From Caecitellus pseudoparvulus (lineage: Eukaryota; Protista; Bigyra: Bicosoecida), in NCBI GenBank assembly GCA_965644315.1, contig CBFFRQ010000179.1, positions 9,578-73,577 on the forward strand: a stretch of 64,000 bases of DNA, given 5' to 3'. Below are positions 58,311 to 64,000 of the stretch, in pieces (position 1 is the stretch's first letter; every line of letters starts with the position of its first letter). Below the pieces are notes generated by a model. That model was not told the origin of the DNA. It saw only the letters and a list, made by a program, of their open reading frames with translations, and did not search any database. The position numbers and the translations under genes are program-made.

Positions 58311-61300
58311 ATGTTCTCCTGGTTCCGCAAGACGGAAAAGTACAGCCTGAAGCATCTGCAGTGCGTTCCAGTGGGCCACGTCGTGGACCTGGCCGCTGAC
58401 ATCGTTGCGCCGTGCCTCGCAGGGAGCTGTATGGCAAGCTGACCAAGTACGATGCGGCCGATGCCAGCCAGGCCACGAGCATCATCGACACCATCAAGCA
58501 GGTGTCTGAGCTGATGATTTGGGGGGACAAACGCGAGGAGCGCTTCTTCGAGTACTTCTGCGAGAAGGGCTTCCTGGCGCGCTTCGACAGCATCATGCGC
58601 ACATGTGGCAGCACAGCAGTGCAGAAGCAAGTGCTGCAGACCATGATGATCCTCATGCAAAACATCCGAGACCAACGCTCCCTCATGTACAGTGCGTTGC
58701 TGTGCAGCTGGCGCCTGGCAGACTCCGGGCCCCGCACGGTCTGTACCCCCCGCCTCCCGCAGTGCTGTCCAACAACCACATCAACGTGCTTCTGGGCGCT
58801 CCCTTTGACACGCGGGACGAGGAGCTGCTGGCGTACCACGTGTCCCTCATCAAGGCACTCTCCCTGCGCCTGAATGAGTCCACCGTGTTCTTCTTCTACA
58901 ATGCGCGCGCCGGGAAGACCGCCTTCCCGCTGTACGTACAGGCTCTGCGGTACTACGCTCACCCCGACGGCATGGTGCAAACGGCAGTGCGCACGACGGT
59001 GCTGAACGTCTGCCGTGTCCCCGAGCCCTCTGTGCGCGCCTTCATCACCAGCGGGCCCCGCCTGCACTTCTGGGATCGACTGGCCTGGACTGCGGCAGCT
59101 CACGTCGTGAACATGAATCAGCGCCTGGCAGAACTCATGGCTGCGTCGAAAGGGTGGGAGCTGCGCTTCCACACTGCCACAGGCACAGCAGGGGATGGTG
59201 GCGGCCCCGTTGGACCCCCGCCACCCCCCCTCATCGGCACCTGCGCGCACTACACTCTGCGTGCCTTCAGCACGCGGCAGGGGGCAGCAGCTGCCATGTC
59301 CACCGCCATGTCAGCCATCGGCGACAGCGCACAGTCCCTGTCTGACCTTCTGTTCTTCATCGGGGACGTGCTGTCCCTGGACATCCCCACGCTGTCCAAA
59401 GTCCTCACCTCCGCCCTCATGCGGCGCCTCGTGCGGCCGCTCCTCCTGCACTCCCTCGCAGGCGCCCACGCCATCATCTCAGCCCGCATGCACAAGGCGC
59501 CAGCACCACAAGCGGCGGCGTCGCCACGGAGCAAGGGCCATCTGCCCCGCCTGCGCTCCATGGCAGCCTTCCACGGCCTGCAAGTGACCGCCCTGGCAGC
59601 AGCCGCTGACGGCGTGCCGGCCAAAGTCCGCACCTGCCCAGACGTAGCCGCGCCTTGGCTGGATGCCGGCAGCAGGGCAGCCGCTGCTAGCGCGGCGGGG
59701 GGCGCAGCACAGTTCAGCGCACACCCTGTGGGCATGGCGCCACCGCCCCCGACTCGTGCCTTGGTCCTGGACAGTGCCCTCACCCTCAGTGTGCTGACAC
59801 AGCTCCTGCACGCCTGCCCCATGCCTGCCTTGGGCGAGCCCCTGGCCGAGGCAGTGTTGAACGAGCCCCTGAGGCCCCAGGGGCAGTGGACGCAGGAGGC
59901 GTGTGTTGCTGCGGCCCAGGGGGCCAGCGGGCGTCCCCCTGCCGAGTGGGTTGCTGGCGAGCCAGGCCGGGATGATGTGCGCGTGACGCTGCCGCCTCTG
60001 CAGCACCCAGTGACCATCGCGTTCAACTACAGTGCTGGGCGCCAGAGCAGGCAGGATGATGGCAGTGGTGGTGGTGGAGGGGAGGAAGGCTCCAGTGTCT
60101 CTCGATCGCTGTTTGGCGAGGAGGGCGGCAGTGGGGGCCGCAGCACGCCTCGCCACAGAGCAAGCGGCAGCGGTGGAAGCTCTACACAGGAGGCCATGGG
60201 TGGGCACAGCGTTGGTTCGCAGCATATGACAGAGCCCGCCGCGACTGGTCGAGACGTACTCTTGCAGCTCATGCGTCTGCCTGATTCCCGCGTGGCCTCT
60301 GCCGCCACCGGGCTACTGTGGATGCTCGCGCACTCTGGTGGTGATGCTGGGCTGACAGGCTCGGCCACCGGGCCTGCTGAGGACGGGGGGGAGGAGGAAG
60401 GCGCAGCCATGCTTTCGCCACGGGCGATGCAGTCGCCTCTGGGTGCGGTGCTGACAGGGGTAGTCATGGACAGGGTCCCGTTCTACCCTTCGCCCTGGAG
60501 TAACGCCGCTGACGCGGGGGACGTGCGCTGTGTAGCCATGTGCACGCTGCAGGAGGCTGGCCTGCACTGGAGGGGGCGTAGTCGGGCTGGCCTCCTGCTG
60601 ACGTCTCTCACACAGGAGGCCAGCTCTGGGGAGGCGGGCAGCACGCCAAAGGCGGCTGGCGGTGCACCTGCTGATGTGCCTGTGGAGGCCACGCCGCAAG
60701 AGGTGGCAGTGCAGGCCGCAGACGATCCCCTGTCAGGCCCTGTGCAAAGTGACGCCGCGCCCCCTGAGCCACCACCTCCCCTTTCTTCGCCCCCTCACCG
60801 CAGCCGTAGCCAGTCAGCTGGCGTGGCAGCACACGGGTCGTCACCTGCCGACAGCGACGGCGGCTTGCGACACAGGGCGGCGACGGATGGCGCAGAGCCA
60901 TCTGGCAGCGCTGCCTTGCAGGCACACAGTGTGGGGGCGGGAGAGGAGGGCTGTGGGGCGGGCTTGGCCACTGGAGGCGCGTCCTTTGCGACTGGCACCT
61001 CCATGGGCTCCGCTGTGGAAGGGGCGGTGGAGGGCGTCCTGGGCGACGAGGCGTCTCCTCGGGCGTCGGCGGCGACCAGCTCTGCGAACGAAGACGACGC
61101 CAGCACAGTGGGCGAGTGGGGCGTGCGGCCCTTTGTGGAGGGAGCGTCAGTGTATTCCCTGGGCGGCGGCAGCCGTGCAGACGGCACCTCCACGCTGGGG
61201 GGCCGCAGCGAATGCTCCTTCCGCCTGCCAAGCCTGCCGCGCGGCCCCTCCCGCCCAGGCCGCGTGGCACTGTCCTCCCTCGTCGCTGCGACGGCCAAGG

Positions 61301-64000
61301 TGTACGAGGGCGTAGACGGGGCGAGACAGCAGGTGCTGGATGCGCTGCTGGCCAGCCTGACGCTGGTGCAGCGCCAGCAGCGCCGACGCAGCGACGCGCT
61401 GGCTTCCCTGGCAGGCATGCCGGGCGCTGGTCGGCGGCTGCACGCGCCGCCACCGCCGGGTCCCTTTGCAACCAGTCGGCACATCGTGTCTGCCATTGCA
61501 CGCTTGACGCTGCCAGCCAGCCTGGACACGGCAGTGCACGTGGCCCGCCTGCACAGGGCTGGGGCAGTGATGGCGGGGCTGCTGGCTGCAGCGCGTGGGG
61601 ATTCTCGCCGGCCCAGCAACCCATCCCTGCGTTCGCCTGGGCGGGGCACAGCCACCAGCCTGGGTACGCTGTCTGTCGGCAGTCCGCTGGCGGCCAGCAT
61701 GCCTGCCCAGAGCCCCTCCTCCACAGCAGGCACACCTGGCGTGGCGCGGCTGCCTGAGAAGTTCGCGCCAGCGGTGGCTGTATTGCGGGAGGAGGTTGCC
61801 GCGGCGAGTGCGAGCAACGCGCCATCCCCACCACTGGTGCGGGCTCAGGTGCACGCCCTGCTGCACGCGGTGTGTGTCAGCGCAGGGTTCCTGCGGAATG
61901 TCCTGCGGCACCCCGAGCTGGTGGGGGGTGTGCCCAACTTCATGCTGCTGCTGGACTGGGCGGTGGCGAGCTACTTGGAGTCCAGGGAGTACAGCGATGC
62001 CACCGCCGCCCTGCACTGCGTGACGCCCCTCGCCAGGGCAGTGGCCTCGGCACACGCGACAGCTGCCAGCATGGGGCGGGCAGGGCCCGAGCTAGACCTG
62101 CAAAGCGTGGACTTGGTGTCTGTGCCGGTGGAGGTGCAGGCTCTGAGCCCTGCCACCATCCCCATGCTGGTCTCGTCTGCCCCAGGCGCCTCCACAGCAG
62201 CGCCTGAGCTATGGCAGCACTCCCTCGTGAAACAAGCACAGAGCAGCACTGCTCTGTGGGCATGGTGCGAGCAGGGTGTCGTGCGCTACACTGGCGCACG
62301 TGGAGCTGCGAGGCTGCCTCTGCCTCAAACCGCATCCAAACGCACTCCCGTGCGGGTGCCGTCCCCCACGAAGCCGCTGGAGGCACAGGCAGGCGAGGCT
62401 ACGGCGGGGGATGCGGCAGAAGCCGTTGCTACGGCTGTCCTGGCAGACGCCTTCTCCCCACGGGCGGAGCAGCCCCCTCCAGCCCAGCCACCCCGCCCTG
62501 GGGGGCTGGGGCAGAGCCCCAAGCGGCCCTGGGAAGCCCACATGCGCAGCACCGCACCAGCGCCCTCACCCCTCTCCCCTGGCGACTCGGCTGCTCGCAT
62601 GCTGGAGCAGGGCAAGGCTGCCTACGCTGCGAGGGTGAGCGTCGTGGACCTCATGCGGCAAGTGCCGCTTGGCAACCGGTGTGCTGCATCCCCGCAGGAG
62701 GCAGTGCTGGTTCATGCAAGCCGCCTGCTGCTATGCCGGCAGCTGCTGCTGGTAACGCTGGGGCAAGGGCGGGCGTGGTGGGAACCTGGTGCCGTGCAGC
62801 ACATGCTCACAGCGCTGGGAGGCGCGTCGACTGCACTGCCGTTCCCCACGCCTCTGGGGCGGTGGCACAGACCCCCCGGCCCGCTGCCCAGCAGGCGAAC
62901 ACACGCCATTCCCGGTGCAGGGGAGCTCGCTGCGCACCTCCAGTCTGTCGTTGACGCGGCTGTGGCCACGGACGCTTCCCCCAGGTCTCTGGCCTCCACC
63001 ACGTCCACCAGCACCGCCCGGCACCCACACAGGCGCATGTTCAGCCGTGTCAAGGCAGGCACAGCGTCCGATGCAGGCAGCACAGGCGGCAGTCGGGGGC
63101 AAGCGCCACCCCCGCACGAGCGAGCGGCATCCTGGGCGGGCAGCTTCAGCAGTCGCCCTCGCGCTGGGTCAGACGGCACCACCGCCTCAGTGGACACGGC
63201 AGGTGTGATGGAGAGTGCGCCGCCGGCCAAAGTGGTCTTGGGGGATTCGCTGCTGGCTAGCCTGTCTCACGGACCTGCCACACCCACTGAGGGGGATGCT
63301 GTTGACGTCAGCACCATGTATGCGACCCGGGTGTTGGTGGTTGTGGAGGCGCTGCTGCCGCCTCCAGGCATGCGTCTGGGCGATGGCGGCGGGCGGGACA
63401 CAGGCGGCGCCGTCGGTGATGTGCCTGGGCCCCGCATCGTCGTGCTGGGCAAAGTCAGCCCCGCGCTGCAGCTGGTGCTGGGCCTGACCGCGGAGCACTT
63501 GATCCTCATCAAACCCGGCAAGCCCGCCCAGCCAGCCCCGGCCCGGGCACCAGGCGGGCACCTGCGCAACCCCCATCACCACGCCTTTGCCAGGCGACGA
63601 ACGGGCAGCGGAGGGGCGGCCGCCACCACGAGCTCAGCAGAGCAGCAGTGGATCGCCCTGTCTGTGCTGCCCCTGCACCTACTCTCCGTGCGCTGGCACG
63701 AAGCCGCACCCCGATGTCTGGAACTGCACTGTCCAGGCCTGGGGCATGTGCCCCTCATGGGACACCTGCGCAGCAGCGCATTCTCCATCGTCCGGGACTT
63801 TGCCTGCACTGTGGAGTGCGGCGGCCCCGAAGCGGCACTGACCCTTCTGCGCCGCCTGCAGCACGCCGCCTCGGCAGCCCTTGCGCGCAGGCACAGCTCC
63901 ATCGTCCGACTTGTGTCGGATGCCGAGTACATTGCAGCGTCGGACGTTTGCATCGATGCCCACGGTGTCGCTGAGCGTTGGCTGCAGGCCGGGCTGGGCG
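58311..64000 (+). CDS. CLEC16A: CLEC16A/TT9(GFS9) FPL-domain protein (runs off window)
   Basis: MFSWFRKTEKYSLKHL|..SELMIWGD..FFEYFCEK..QVLQTMMILMQNI|..LSNNHIN..DEELLAYHVSLIKALSLRLN..FPLY..MVQTAVRT. Frame 1 appears open from ~58.8 kb to the window end. Confidence 0.9.

Noticed and set aside
1-64000. rRNA, tRNA or other structured ncRNA genes
   Set aside because: No recognisable conserved sequence or cloverleaf was seen by eye; tRNAscan-SE/Infernal would be needed to exclude small RNAs.

Overview
GC-rich (roughly 65-70% by eye), gene-dense eukaryotic nuclear DNA with short GT-AG introns. It is not prokaryotic, so many listed ORFs are exon fragments or antisense shadows. A Sig1/Ocm1-type tubular mastigoneme gene points to a flagellated stramenopile; a Cafeteria-like bicosoecid is an inference from GC content and compactness. 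I reconstruct 24 protein-coding genes: a JmjC oxygenase, a kinesin-14 with an N-terminal CBM20-like domain, three tandem Ser/Thr kinases sharing near-identical internal tracts, a mut-7/EXD3-type exonuclease with an inserted YbaK-like domain, HTATSF1, a TM2 protein, WDR55, YIP1, a mastigoneme protein, a fourth kinase, a possible BBS-type chaperonin-like protein, an ankyrin protein, RBM34, eIF2D, a large FN3 protein with a PriCT-2-like motif, CCDC57, CLEC16A and several hypotheticals. No rRNA, tRNA, CRISPR or mobile element was recognised. Best leads: (1) the CBM20-kinesin-14 fusion visible only after splicing; (2) the exonuclease-YbaK-Mut7-C fusion; (3) a mosaic kinase triplet; (4) an 11-13 bp motif (C)TGCGGAAATTG(C) found six times, always in non-coding DNA near gene 5' ends; (5) two convergent genes whose stop codons directly abut. 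All domain calls are by eye; no database search was run.
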